The notes under the pieces: generated by a model
Seen by the model: only the letters and a program-made list of their open reading frames with translations
What the model was told of the DNA's origin: nothing
Databases searched by the model: none
NCBI GenBank assembly: GCA_963727825.1
Contig: CAVSHO010000007.1
Span: 64,001-128,000 of the forward strand
Origin: Ignavibacteriota bacterium
GTDB lineage: Bacteria > Bacteroidota > Ignavibacteria > UBA10030
DNA: 64,000 bases
Direction: 5' to 3'
Translations under genes and position numbers: made by a program
Shown: positions 51,330 to 61,069 of the stretch, one piece after another
How positions within the stretch are numbered: position 1 is the stretch's first letter
How the letters are laid out: the number at the start of each line of letters is the position of its first letter

Positions 51330-51659
51330 GTGCTACATTATTTCACACTTTTAATGGGTCAACCGAATCAAGGTGAAGGGCCAGGCTTGATGTCAAATGT
51401 TATCCTTTTCGGCTCCATCATTCTTATCTTTTATTTTATGATTATCCGGCCACAGCAAAAACGCACCAAGGAACGCCAGAAACTTATCGATAGTATGAAA
51501 AAGGGCGATAAAGTCATCACGTCAGGTGGTATGTACGGTACTATTGCCGGATTGGATGATAAGACTGTGCTCGTTGAGATAGCAGATAAAATAAAAGTGA
51601 AATTAGATCGCAGCGCCATTGCAACAATTATTTCGGACTCTGCGCCAGAAATAAAATAA
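51330..51659 (+). CDS. yajC: Preprotein translocase subunit YajC
   Basis: [12 protein letters not shown] and [13 protein letters not shown] motifs; follows tgt. Confidence 0.95.
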   Translation: MLHYFTLLMGQPNQGEGPGLMSNVILFGSIILIFYFMIIRPQQKRTKERQKLIDSMKKGDKVITSGGMYGTIAGLDDKTVLVEIADKIKVKLDRSAIATIISDSAPEIK

Positions 51660-51670
51660 TCGAATAGCAA

Positions 51671-52912
51671 ATGGCAGAAGAACAATTCCATACAATTGAA
51701 GAAGCGATTGAAGATTTCCGGAACGGCAAAATTCTGATTGTTGTAGATGATGAAGACCGTGAAAATGAAGGAGACTTCGTTCTCGCAGCAGAAAAGGTGA
51801 CTTCGGAAGCAATTAATTTCTTCGTGAAAGAGGGGCGCGGAGTTGTTTGCACGCCTCTTACAGCAGAACGGGCAAAGGAATTAAATCTCGATCTGATGGT
51901 GGAAGCTAATACATCTCTTCACGAAACGCCATTTACTGTTTCCATCGATTATCTGCAAGGATCAACGACAGGCGTTTCGGTTACGGAACGAGCAAATACT
52001 GTGCGAGCATTGGCAGATTCAAACGCTCAAGCGCAGGATTTTGGCAGGCCGGGGCATATTTTCCCATTACGTGCAATGGAGGGAGGTGTATTACGCCGCG
52101 CTGGTCATACTGAAGCGGTTGTGGATCTCTGTAAACTTTCCGGTTTAATTCCAGTAGGAGTCTTATGCGAAATTCTTGCTGAAGATGGCACAATGGCGCG
52201 TGTTCCGGAGTTGTTAAAAATTGCCCAAAAATTTAATTTAAAAATTATTACAGTGCGCGCGCTGATCGAATACAGAATACGGCGAGACAGGCTTATCCAG
52301 CGTGTTGTCTCAACAAATCTGCCGTCAATGTACGGAAAGTTTCGTATTCATCTCTATAAAAGCCAGACTGATAATAAAGAGCACATTGCGTTGGTGAAGG
52401 GAGAAATTTCTCCCGAGATTCCAACACTCGTGCGTGTTCACTCGGAATGTTTGACGGGTGATGTGTTTGGTTCGCTTAGGTGCGATTGTCGTGCACAATT
52501 GGTTGCTTCGATGGAGCAGATAGAAAGAGAAGGGCGCGGTATCGTTCTCTATATGCGGCAGGAAGGCCGCGGCATCGGATTGTCAAATAAACTCAAAGCG
52601 TACAGTCTGCAGGACGACGGGCTTGATACAGTTGAGGCGAATGAAAAACTTGGCTTCCGCGCCGATCTGCGAGATTATGGAATCGGTGCGCAAATTCTTC
52701 GCGATCTCGGTGTCGGGAAAATGCGCCTGCTGACAAACAATCCAAAAAAGATTGTTGGTCTAACTGGATACGGATTAGAAGTTGTTGAGCGTGTACCTTT
52801 AGAGATTAATCCGAATCAGTACAATGAACGGTACTTAACAACAAAGCGTGACAAACTTGGTCATTTAATCTTGATAGAGGCAAAGAACTCGGGAAAAGGT
52901 AAGAAGAGTTAA
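51671..52912 (+). CDS. ribBA: DHBP synthase / GTP cyclohydrolase II
   Basis: [25 protein letters not shown]; [21 protein letters not shown] and LTNNPKK motifs. Confidence 0.97.
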   Translation: MAEEQFHTIEEAIEDFRNGKILIVVDDEDRENEGDFVLAAEKVTSEAINFFVKEGRGVVCTPLTAERAKELNLDLMVEANTSLHETPFTVSIDYLQGSTTGVSVTERANTVRALADSNAQAQDFGRPGHIFPLRAMEGGVLRRAGHTEAVVDLCKLSGLIPVGVLCEILAEDGTMARVPELLKIAQKFNLKIITVRALIEYRIRRDRLIQRVVSTNLPSMYGKFRIHLYKSQTDNKEHIALVKGEISPEIPTLVRVHSECLTGDVFGSLRCDCRAQLVASMEQIEREGRGIVLYMRQEGRGIGLSNKLKAYSLQDDGLDTVEANEKLGFRADLRDYGIGAQILRDLGVGKMRLLTNNPKKIVGLTGYGLEVVERVPLEINPNQYNERYLTTKRDKLGHLILIEAKNSGKGKKS

Positions 52913-52927
52913 GCAGTAAAATTATTC

Positions 52928-53048
52928 TTGCGTCTATCTAATAAATCACCTACTTTGATTTTAGAATAGCACAGCCACCATCCCAGAAGATGATGGCTTT
53001 TATTTTTGCATTTACCCTTCGGAGACATTCTGCTGAAGGGATTTTTTT
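52928..53048 (+). promoter_or_regulatory. greA promoter and leader with two terminator-like hairpins
   Basis: TTGCGT-17 bp-TACTTT; hairpins at 52973-52998 and 53015-53040, each followed by a T-rich tract. Confidence 0.55.
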
Positions 53049-53066
53049 CGGTCAAAGGAAGTAGAT

Positions 53067-53552
53067 ATGGGAGAAAATAATAACGGTAAGGTGTACCTAA
53101 CACGCGAAAAACTCGCAGAACTTGAGCAGGAGCTACGCGAAATGAAAACAGTCGGCCGCGCAGATATGGCGGCGAAGATTGCCGAGGCGCGCGGCTACGG
53201 TGATTTGAGCGAAAACGCGGAGTACGATGCCGCAAAAGAAGCGCAGCAGCACCTCGAACTCCGAATTGCTAAGATAGAAGAAACACTTTCGCGTACGCAA
53301 ATCATTGATATTAATAATTTGCAAACAGACAAAGTTTATATTCTATCGCTTGTTAAAATTCAAGATCAGCGCACCAAACAAATTATCGAATATCGGCTTG
53401 TTGCACCCGAAGAAGCCGACTTCGAAAAAAATAAAATATCCTTCACATCGCCGATCGGTAAAGGATTGCTCGGGAAAAAGCAGGGTGAACTTGTTCAAAT
53501 CAAAGCGCCTGCCGGCATGCTGGAATATAAGATTATAGAAATTGGCCGATAG
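53067..53552 (+). CDS. greA: Transcription elongation factor GreA
   Basis: EARGYGDLSENAEYDAAKE and ISFTSPIGKGLLGK motifs. Confidence 0.96.
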   Translation: MGENNNGKVYLTREKLAELEQELREMKTVGRADMAAKIAEARGYGDLSENAEYDAAKEAQQHLELRIAKIEETLSRTQIIDINNLQTDKVYILSLVKIQDQRTKQIIEYRLVAPEEADFEKNKISFTSPIGKGLLGKKQGELVQIKAPAGMLEYKIIEIGR

Positions 53553-53642
53553 GAATATCCGCAGAGCGAAAAAAATTATTTTTGTACAAATTCTTAAGAC
53601 TATCATCTATATTCATCCTTCAATGTTCCTGTAAAATAAATT

Positions 53643-54152
53643 ATGCGGCAAAATTTAGAATTGAAAGCGCGCATTTCATCTGTATCTGAGGCTGTTCATG
53701 CCGCGCATCGTCTTAAAGCAAAAGCTAAAGGTATTCTAAGACAGCGCGACGTCTATTATAAGGTTTCTCACGGCCGGCTTAAGCTTAGAATTATTAACGA
53801 TCGTTCCGCAGAACTAATCTTCTATAATCGTCCCAATAAAAAAGGAAGCCGGTACTCCGATTATTTTTTGCTTCCTGTCTCTAATGTGAGGCTGGTAAAC
53901 GAGCTTTGTACAGCGGCGTTTGGACAAAAGGTAGTTGTAGAAAAGAAACGCAGGCTTTTTATCTATAAAAATTCCCGGATTCATTTGGATGAAGTGCGTG
54001 AACTCGGAACGTTTATTGAATTTGAAGTACTAGTGAAACACGGAAGACATCAAGCACAAAAGCTTTTGGAAGCACTCGTAACAAAATTTAATATCAGACG
54101 TGCAACAATAATTGCAGTTTCTTATGCTGATTTAGTACTCAGGAACAAATGA
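53643..54152 (+). CDS. CYTH / class IV adenylate cyclase-like protein
   Basis: NLELKAR, QRDVYY, GRLKLR, VEKKRR and HLDEV.ELGTFIEFE motifs. Confidence 0.88.
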   Translation: MRQNLELKARISSVSEAVHAAHRLKAKAKGILRQRDVYYKVSHGRLKLRIINDRSAELIFYNRPNKKGSRYSDYFLLPVSNVRLVNELCTAAFGQKVVVEKKRRLFIYKNSRIHLDEVRELGTFIEFEVLVKHGRHQAQKLLEALVTKFNIRRATIIAVSYADLVLRNK

Positions 54153-54233
54153 ACTAAGAGAGAATTGTTAGCAGTTTACGGTTGGCACTCTCTTTATTGT
54201 GACCCCGTAAGGAAAATCAATGAGAAAAAACTC

Positions 54234-54262
54234 TTGCGGAGTGCAGACGTTTTTGGTATATT
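54234..54262 (+). promoter_or_regulatory. Promoter for tRNA-Gly
   Basis: TTGCGG-17 bp-TATATT with an extended -10 TG. Confidence 0.55.
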
Positions 54263-54274
54263 ATTGCAGGTAAT

Positions 54275-54347
54275 GCGGGAATAGCTCAGTTGGTAGAGCG
54301 CAACCTTGCCAAGGTTGAGGTCGCGGGTCCGAGCCCCGTTTCCCGCT
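54275..54347 (+). tRNA. tRNA-Gly(GCC)
   Basis: GCGGGAA/TTCCCGC acceptor stem; TAGCTCAGTTGGTAGAGC D-arm; CAACC-TTGCCAA-GGTTG anticodon arm; atypical T-loop TCCGAGC. Confidence 0.93.
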
Positions 54348-54454
54348 CTGCCTCTAGAATGCACAGCAATCAGAGGCACTCTTAACGAAACTGAAGATTC
54401 CGTTTGATTACGACTTTTTGAGAGACGTTAAGAGAAATCTTATCTATTAATTTG

Positions 54455-54492
54455 CCCCGCTGCCACTTATCCCACCGGACAGCGGGGTTTTT
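54455..54492 (+). terminator. Rho-independent terminator
   Basis: CCCCGCTG...CAGCGGGG followed by TTTTT. Confidence 0.6.
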
Positions 54493-54946
54493 ATTTTGAA
54501 GTGATTTAGAGATATTAAATTTATTAGATATTAAATCTCTAAAGGGAACACGCCCATATCATATGTGTCGTGAAAGCGTCAGTAATGTGATGAGCGTCGA
54601 TCGCCATCCTCAGAGGGAACCCTTCGTTATTCTAACTTGCACCACTTACCTAAAATAAGAAATTTCATATTTTAAGTTCATTTTTTACTTGTTTTATGCT
54701 CATACTGTAGTAAAAGAGTACATGTCCAGCATAATTTCGGTATTCTCAACTTCGTGGTAAGATGAAGAAATACCACATTCTTTTGACTCACAAGATCATA
54801 AAAATTAATAAACGCCCAAACAGATTTTTTATGCAAGTTGCGTTACGCGCAATTCGTAACGGCAATACATCACATTGTTGCAAAGCAGAACTAATTATCT
54901 AATTGTCTTGTTTCCATATTACAAACAGTTTAAGGAGGAACAAGAT

Positions 54947-55393
54947 ATGAGCAGTAACACAGTAACACTTCATAGGGTTATCAAGAACACACCAGAGAAA
55001 GTATATCGCGCCTTTCTGGATGCCGGTGCTTTGTGTAAATGGCTTCCGCCGCATGGATTCACCGGTAGAGTGCACAACCTCGATGCCATTGTCGGAGGTT
55101 CCTATAAAATGTCATTTACAAATTTCGGCACTGGCCACAGCCATTCGTTTGGTGGTAAATACCTCGAACTCGTACCGAACGAGCGCATCGTGCACACTGA
55201 TGTGTTTGATGATCCGAATATGCCTGGGACGATGAAGACCATAGTCATACTTAAGAAAGTCTCTGTTGGCACCGAATTAAGTATTACTCAGGAAGGGATT
55301 CCCGATCCTATTCCTGTGGAAGCATGCTATTTAGGTTGGCAGGAATCGTTGATGTTGCTTACTCAGTTGGTCGAACCAGACATCCCAGATTGA
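54947..55393 (+). CDS. SRPBCC/AHSA1-family protein
   Basis: VTLHRV..PEKVYRAF..WLPP.GF, HSFGGKYLELVP and CYLGWQESL motifs; SD AGGAGG before ATG 54947. Confidence 0.9.
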   Translation: MSSNTVTLHRVIKNTPEKVYRAFLDAGALCKWLPPHGFTGRVHNLDAIVGGSYKMSFTNFGTGHSHSFGGKYLELVPNERIVHTDVFDDPNMPGTMKTIVILKKVSVGTELSITQEGIPDPIPVEACYLGWQESLMLLTQLVEPDIPD

Positions 55394-55510
55394 TAGGCCT
55401 ACAAATAAGGTAGAGGTTCTTCTTTGATAAGTGTTTATAATAAAGAGAAAGAAAATGTTTCGTTATAGACGGAAGATCTTATTAAATCAAATCCTTGAAG
55501 GAGGTAATCT

Positions 55511-55873
55511 GTGAATATTCTCTTGTGGGTTCTTCAAATCCTTCTCGCTCTGCATACCATCATGGGCGCGGTATGGAAGTTTTCAAATTCAGAGCAAATC
55601 GTGCCTTCCCTGAAAGCAATTCCCCACGAAGTCTGGCTGGCGTTGATCGTCATTGAACTGCTTTGTAGCCTGGGCCTGATCCTTCCGGCATTGAATAAAC
55701 ACCTGGCCATCCTGGCTCCTATCGCGGCGATCTGCATATCCGCGGAAATGCTGCTCTTCTCCGGATTGACTATCTTTTCCGGAGACGTGAATTACAGCCA
55801 AATAATTTATTGGCTTGTCGTGGCTGTCATAAGCGCGTTTATTGCCTATGGTAGGTTTGTATTAAAGCCATAA
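55511..55873 (+). CDS. DoxX-like membrane protein
   Basis: MNILLWVLQILLA..K..E..GLILP..AYGRF pattern; SD GGAGG. Confidence 0.8.
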   Translation: MNILLWVLQILLALHTIMGAVWKFSNSEQIVPSLKAIPHEVWLALIVIELLCSLGLILPALNKHLAILAPIAAICISAEMLLFSGLTIFSGDVNYSQIIYWLVVAVISAFIAYGRFVLKP

Positions 55874-56261
55874 AAAAAATACTGCCAACAATGGTTCTAA
55901 ATTAAAAAGGAATTTGACAAAACAAAAATTCTTGAGCAGATGAAAGCTACCGGAGTTATTCCCGACGATATCAACATCATTTATGGAACACACCTTATCA
56001 TTGAAATTGCATATGCCAGCAATTGCAGTTCCAAATTTAATCCTTCATCATCATCCACGAATATCCACTAAATTAGGATGTTATATATTGTATCCTAGTT
56101 TAATTGACTCTACCAAGAATATCGCGAAGGCTGTTTCTATACAAGACTAAATATTTATCAGCAAATTCTTTTGAAATAACTTATCTTAAACTAGCCTTTC
56201 GTTTGAATAAATAGCTTCTAAGTATTTTGGAATGGACGTTTTAATGTAAAGAACCAGTACT

Positions 56262-57677
56262 ATGCAAAGGCAGAGTCATAACATTTTACAATACTCATTT
56301 TTGAAGTTGAATGCATTTTATGATGAGGAGCATGGATATGCACTACCCTCAATTCTTTTCCTCATAACAATACTTTCAGTTGTTATTCTTTCTATCCTCG
56401 CATTACAGTATTTTCAGTGGCAGAATATCCAAACAAACATAGCAAAAATAAAAGCGGATTATTCTGCACAAAGCGAAATATCAAAAATATTTTCAGAACT
56501 GAAATCAAGATCTGATTTGCCGATGATTGGACAGACAATTGGGCGAAGTTATGACTTATCTGACGGTGAGAAGGCGAGTGTAACTGTTGAATGGTGGGGT
56601 TTCTATTTATTTGTGCATTCCATTGGATCATTCAGAAAGATTAATGAAACACGTTATGCACTCGTGGGCCAAAAACCGATAGAACGATTTAAGAACGCTT
56701 TGGTATTTTCCAATAAGAGCCATCAATTAGTACTAACAGGATCGACGCACATCAAAGGAGATGTTCTGACGGGACCTGCAGGTGTTTCGATTGGAACGCT
56801 TGCAAATTATCCAACTCCACGAATAATTCCAATTGATGGGAAGATAAAACGTGACCCGAAAATAGATGTACAAGATTTCGATATTACAAAACAATACAAT
56901 TATTTTGACGCGTTATTGAAAGGTACGCTTCCGCAAGGTGCTGAGCAATGCAGCATTCAGTATTTCCAATCGGAATCGCAGCTTCATATTTCAAGTGGAA
57001 TCATCAAACCAGAAACAAGATATATGTTTGTAAAAGGAAACGCTATCATAGACAGCGCATTGATTCGTCGCGAAGTCCCTCTCAACATTATCATTGACGG
57101 GGAAGTAATGTTTGGTGCAGATGTCCATATTGATGGATTAGTGTGTATTGTGTCTTCTAAAAGTGTGAGAATCAAAAACATTGCACATATCAACGGGTCT
57201 ATATTGTACAGCCGCAAGGAAATTACTGTCGAGCCTGATGTGATTCTTACAGCGCAGATCATTGCACCATCAATTCAGATTGAAGAAGGGGCAAAGATGT
57301 CATATCCTTCCACTTTGATTTCGTATGTAAAAAAAGATAATAATGAGCCACAAAAAGGAATCCAGATGAAGAATGGTGCACAAGTCGAAGGTACCGTAGT
57401 CGTTTATGCAGAAAACAACACGCAGAACAATGTATTTTTAAGTATTGAATCAGCGGCAAAAATATCCGGATTTATTATCTCGAATACACCAATTACACTT
57501 GATGGTTCGGTCGATGGATGTGTGCAGACAAAAGATTTTTATTTCTATCAATCACCTACGACGTATTTAGGTTGGTTGAGGAGCGCGCGGATTGACAGAG
57601 AAGCATTGCCAAAGAGTGCATTAATGACTATCGGAATAGATAGTTTATCGCAGTTACAAGTCTTAGATTGGCTTTAA
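56262..57677 (+). CDS. PilX/GspK-like minor pilin with a beta-helix-like C-terminus
   Basis: Prepilin-like GYALPSILFLITIL segment; first gene of the pilus cluster. Confidence 0.6.
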   Translation: MQRQSHNILQYSFLKLNAFYDEEHGYALPSILFLITILSVVILSILALQYFQWQNIQTNIAKIKADYSAQSEISKIFSELKSRSDLPMIGQTIGRSYDLSDGEKASVTVEWWGFYLFVHSIGSFRKINETRYALVGQKPIERFKNALVFSNKSHQLVLTGSTHIKGDVLTGPAGVSIGTLANYPTPRIIPIDGKIKRDPKIDVQDFDITKQYNYFDALLKGTLPQGAEQCSIQYFQSESQLHISSGIIKPETRYMFVKGNAIIDSALIRREVPLNIIIDGEVMFGADVHIDGLVCIVSSKSVRIKNIAHINGSILYSRKEITVEPDVILTAQIIAPSIQIEEGAKMSYPSTLISYVKKDNNEPQKGIQMKNGAQVEGTVVVYAENNTQNNVFLSIESAAKISGFIISNTPITLDGSVDGCVQTKDFYFYQSPTTYLGWLRSARIDREALPKSALMTIGIDSLSQLQVLDWL

Positions 57678-57719
57678 ATAATGAAACTGCTAAGCGTTTT
57701 TAGAAAAAGAGGAAATATT

Positions 57720-57774
57720 CCCTCTCCTTTAGGAGAGGGTTACTTGTCCGCCGGTTTTTGGGCGGAGGGTGAGG
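57720..57774. repeat. CCCTCTCC..GGAGAGGG..GGGTGAGG REP-type repeat with a nested hairpin
   Basis: CCCTCTCC-TTTA-GGAGAGGG-TTA-[CTTGTCCGCCGGTTTTTGGGCGGA]-GGGTGAGG. Confidence 0.55.
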
Positions 57775-57846
57775 TTAAAAAAACGCACGATAATTTTACT
57801 AAATGGCAGTGATTTTGTTTATAGAAAATTTTAAGACTGCATATAT

Positions 57847-58200
57847 ATGAAATCTGGATTTAATATAGGAACCGAACGTGGGTATACACTAATAGAGACC
57901 GTCATTGCTATGGCTCTTTTTCTAAGCGTTCTTATTCCGCTGATCGGAACCATGGGAACAATGATGTTTGACAGGAAAGCTATGACGGCAACTAAAGCGC
58001 TTATGTTGGCTCAATCGGAAATGAGTACTACTATTGCCCATCAGGATTATATCGATGCGATCAAAACATCTGAGCCCGGATTTATTTTTACAAAAAATAT
58101 TGAACGGTACAATTCGCTGATAGAAATCAGAGTGGCTGTAAAATTATCCTCCGATCAATCAAAAGAACTTATTGTATTGAAGAAAATTATCTATGAATGA
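57847..58200 (+). CDS. Prepilin-type N-terminal cleavage/methylation protein (minor pilin)
   Basis: RG^YTLIETVIAMALF motif. Confidence 0.85.
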   Translation: MKSGFNIGTERGYTLIETVIAMALFLSVLIPLIGTMGTMMFDRKAMTATKALMLAQSEMSTTIAHQDYIDAIKTSEPGFIFTKNIERYNSLIEIRVAVKLSSDQSKELIVLKKIIYE

Positions 58201-58218
58201 TATGAATAAATATTATTT

Positions 58219-58321
58219 GTCATGCCCGCCGATTTTAGGCGGGCATCCAGTGCCTGGACTCCCGATAGTCCCGATTGAAGACATCAATCGGGACGGGAAT
58301 GATATTTTAAGACAGGTTCTA
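58219..58321. repeat. GTCAT(G/T)CCCG-type REP doublet with a nested hairpin
   Basis: GTCATGCCCGCC..GGCGGGCATCCAG / CTGGACTCCCGATAG[TCCCGATTGAAGACATCAATCGGGA]CGGGAATGA, followed by TTTTAAGACAGGTTCTA. Confidence 0.65.
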
Positions 58322-58330
58322 TAGTTGTCT

Positions 58331-58846
58331 ATGAAATTTTTTACTGTCATAAAACGAGAAGATGGCTTTACAATACAAGAAATTCTTGTCGTTCTTATTG
58401 TGGGATCGATTCTTATAGGATTAAGTTTCTCGTTGTTTTTGTTCACTAATAAACTTTTCCAAACATGGTCAGGCACAAATGACTTGAAAAACGAGACGAA
58501 TCGAATTCTCTATCAGATGGCATTTGATATTCAACAATCGAGAGAAATAGCCGAACATACAGACACGAGCTTTGTGCTATCGAGAAGCGTAGGCAGAGTT
58601 GTTCGATATAGTTATAACGGTAAAACTTTAAGGCGAAACGATGTCGAGTTAACTCCACGGAAAGCAGCGCTATTAAGAGTAAAGGTGGTAGAAGAACATA
58701 CATTCGGTGGAAGTTTAGATAACTCACTTCTTTTTCATATTACAGTACTCGTTCAATCGGTAGCATTAGATTACGCGGCAGAGATAGACGCAACGCCCGC
58801 GCCAAGTTCGCGTTCGTTATTCGTACGAACCTTAAATCATCAATGA
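58331..58846 (+). CDS. Prepilin-type minor pilin (PilW/GspJ-like)
   Basis: DG^FTIQEILVVLIVGSILIG motif. Confidence 0.8.
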   Translation: MKFFTVIKREDGFTIQEILVVLIVGSILIGLSFSLFLFTNKLFQTWSGTNDLKNETNRILYQMAFDIQQSREIAEHTDTSFVLSRSVGRVVRYSYNGKTLRRNDVELTPRKAALLRVKVVEEHTFGGSLDNSLLFHITVLVQSVALDYAAEIDATPAPSSRSLFVRTLNHQ

Positions 58847-58859
58847 AAAACGTCATACT

Positions 58860-59972
58860 ATGAAACAATCAGCGGCCAATAACAAAGAAGAAGGATTGTT
58901 TAATACGATACATCGAATTCGAGGGCGTAAGCGCGTTACGGAAAAGGAAAAGTCGGAATTCTCGACACAACTTGCAGTGATGCTGCAGGCAGGCGTTTCG
59001 CTGCATCGATCGCTCGACGTGCTTGCACGACAGACAAAGAGCGAGAGATTAAAAGAGGTTATATCAAATCTTTCCAATGAGATTAGAAAGGGGAATTCGT
59101 TTGCTCGCGCGCTTGCAGCGCAGCAAGATGTCTTTGATAGTCTTTTTGTGGTAACGGTAGAGGTTGGGGAGGAGAGCGGCAGATTGCCTGAAGTATTGGC
59201 GCAATTAGCAACTCACCTTGAAAAAATGAACGCGCTCAAACGCAAATTTCGACAAGCTCTTACTTATCCTGCGCTAGTACTTTCTGTTTCCATCTGTGCA
59301 GTTTCGTTCTTACTGGTATTCATAGTACCAGCATTTGCTGAGATGTTTAAAAGTTTTCAGATCGAGTTGCCCTATTCAACGAAAATCGTTCTTTCATTAA
59401 GCGAATATTTTATCAAGTATGGACTGTACATCATACTTTTAATAATTCTGGCGATAGCGGTCTTGAGAAGAGCAATCCTTAGTCCGAAGACAAGGCAAAA
59501 AGCTGAACAATGGATTCTTAAAATTCCGATTGCGGGTGAGGTAGTATTAAAAAATTATGTTGCACGATTTTGCCGTACGCTTGGCACATTGCTTCATGCA
59601 CAGGTGTCTCTTGTGGACGCGTTAGGCGTTACACAAAGAATATTTACGAATGATAATGTGCGAGAGGAAATTGATTCTCTATTGAAGCATGTAAAACAAG
59701 GACGAACCGTTGCCGAGCCGTTGGTGGAATCAAAGCTTTTTCCGCCCATGGTAGCGCAAATGATCGCAGTAGGAGAGGAAACAAGCGAGCTTGACACAAT
59801 GTTGCTCAAAGTTGCAGATTATTATGAGAAGGAATTGGATGCAAAAGTTGAAACTCTTTCTTCCGTCATTGAGCCTGTGATTATTTTACTACTGGGAATC
59901 CTTGTAGCGTTGATCCTGATATCAATGTATCTGCCGATGTTCGATCTGGTCAACGTAGTTGGAGGTGGATAA
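58860..59972 (+). CDS. pilC: Type II secretion/type IV pilus platform protein (GspF/PilC)
   Basis: QLAVMLQAGV, GEESGRL, ALTYP, MIAVGEET and EPVII motifs. Confidence 0.92.
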   Translation: MKQSAANNKEEGLFNTIHRIRGRKRVTEKEKSEFSTQLAVMLQAGVSLHRSLDVLARQTKSERLKEVISNLSNEIRKGNSFARALAAQQDVFDSLFVVTVEVGEESGRLPEVLAQLATHLEKMNALKRKFRQALTYPALVLSVSICAVSFLLVFIVPAFAEMFKSFQIELPYSTKIVLSLSEYFIKYGLYIILLIILAIAVLRRAILSPKTRQKAEQWILKIPIAGEVVLKNYVARFCRTLGTLLHAQVSLVDALGVTQRIFTNDNVREEIDSLLKHVKQGRTVAEPLVESKLFPPMVAQMIAVGEETSELDTMLLKVADYYEKELDAKVETLSSVIEPVIILLLGILVALILISMYLPMFDLVNVVGGG

Positions 59973-59979
59973 AAAAGGG

Positions 59980-60130
59980 GTAGAGTTCATCTCTCAGATG
60001 GACGATTTAATGCACCGACAAAATAAATATTCGACGAAGCGTCAGACTCTATAACTCGGTGTAGAGTCCCCGCCAATGCTTCGACTTCGTTCAGCATTAC
60101 AGCGAGTAAGCCGCCAGAGGGCATGGCGGG
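59980..60130. repeat. Cluster of GTAG-type REPs and hairpins
   Basis: GTAGAGTTCATCT..AGATGGAC, inverted ..GACTCTATA, TGTAGAGTCCCCGCC (also at 25245-59), AATGCT..AGCATT and CCGCCA..TGGCGG. Confidence 0.5.
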
Positions 60131-60237
60131 TAAGTAAGATGGAGTGTCGAAGTAAAATTCCTGCATAAGATATTCAGAATGAAGATCAAACTCTCAATAT
60201 TGAATTCCAATTTCAGCTTTCGTATCTTTATACCAAC

Positions 60238-60537
60238 ATGCAATTGAACAATATTTCATATAATCAAATTGAACCAATTTGCCGAAAATATTATATCCGA
60301 AAACTTGCGGTCTTTGGCTCGATGTTGAATGATACTGCTCGTCAAGACAGCGATCTCGATCTCTTAGTAGAATTTCTTCCTGATCATACTCCTGGTCTAG
60401 CATTCATTGCTATACAAGATGAATTGGCGAAATTATTCCAGCGAGCTGTAGATTTGCATACATCGGAAAGCCTGAGCCGTTATTTCAGGCACAGTGTCCT
60501 TCAAGAAGCGGCAACGCTCTATGGACATAACCAATAA
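60238..60537 (+). CDS. MNT (minimal nucleotidyltransferase) antitoxin
   Basis: LAVFGSML....DSDLDLLVEF and VDL motifs. Confidence 0.9.
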   Translation: MQLNNISYNQIEPICRKYYIRKLAVFGSMLNDTARQDSDLDLLVEFLPDHTPGLAFIAIQDELAKLFQRAVDLHTSESLSRYFRHSVLQEAATLYGHNQ

Positions 60538-60725
60538 ACATCCAACAATCCCTTGGCAATGAAATAATCGGAACGAGAAACCGTCTCATTCATGGGTATG
60601 ATGATGTGAATCTTGATATCCTTTGGCAGATCGTTAGTGTGGATTTATTACCTCTTCCTTCTATCCTCCTTAATGTGCTTCAGCAGGTAGAAAAAACAGA
60701 ACAACAACGCCTATTTCCGCATTAA
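60521..60725 (+). pseudogene. HEPN (DUF86) toxin remnant
   Basis: MDITNKHPTIPW, then a frameshift to NEIIGTRNRLIHGYDDVNLDILWQIV (RX4H motif); most of the N-terminal half is missing. Confidence 0.8.
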
Positions 60726-60869
60726 AGAATTTTTATTCTTTTCTTTCACTAAAGTTGCGGTTATAGCTCTCTCCTAAATGAAGAATGTACGTGTAGCGTA
60801 TTCAGATAAGCATTTCATAGTTGGACGATTGATACGTATCGTTATAAGTCCGGCGAATCGCCGAACCCC

Positions 60870-60949
60870 GTTGTGAGGGAGATGCTCTCCCGAACCGAAA
60901 GGAAGTACACTGTACCAAACAAGGTCGGAAGTTGGAACTCCCTCCCAAC
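60870..60949. repeat. Inverted REP-like doublet
   Basis: GTTGTGAGGGAG..CTCCCGAACC / GGTCGGAAG..CTCCCTCCCAAC. Confidence 0.45.
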
Positions 60950-61069
60950 ACAGGGTCATTTTATTTTTCCCGCACACTGGACTTTTATCAGACGAGTCTG
61001 CATATTTAGAAAAGATTCGTCATCATCCTTCCGAAAAAAGAAAACAAGATATTTTCCAAAAGAGGTATT

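Noticed and set aside
55910-56070. Possible metallo-hydrolase fragment (EQMKATGVIPDDINIIYGTH)
   Set aside because: Too short and lacks the HxHxDH motif; the similarity is only impressionistic.
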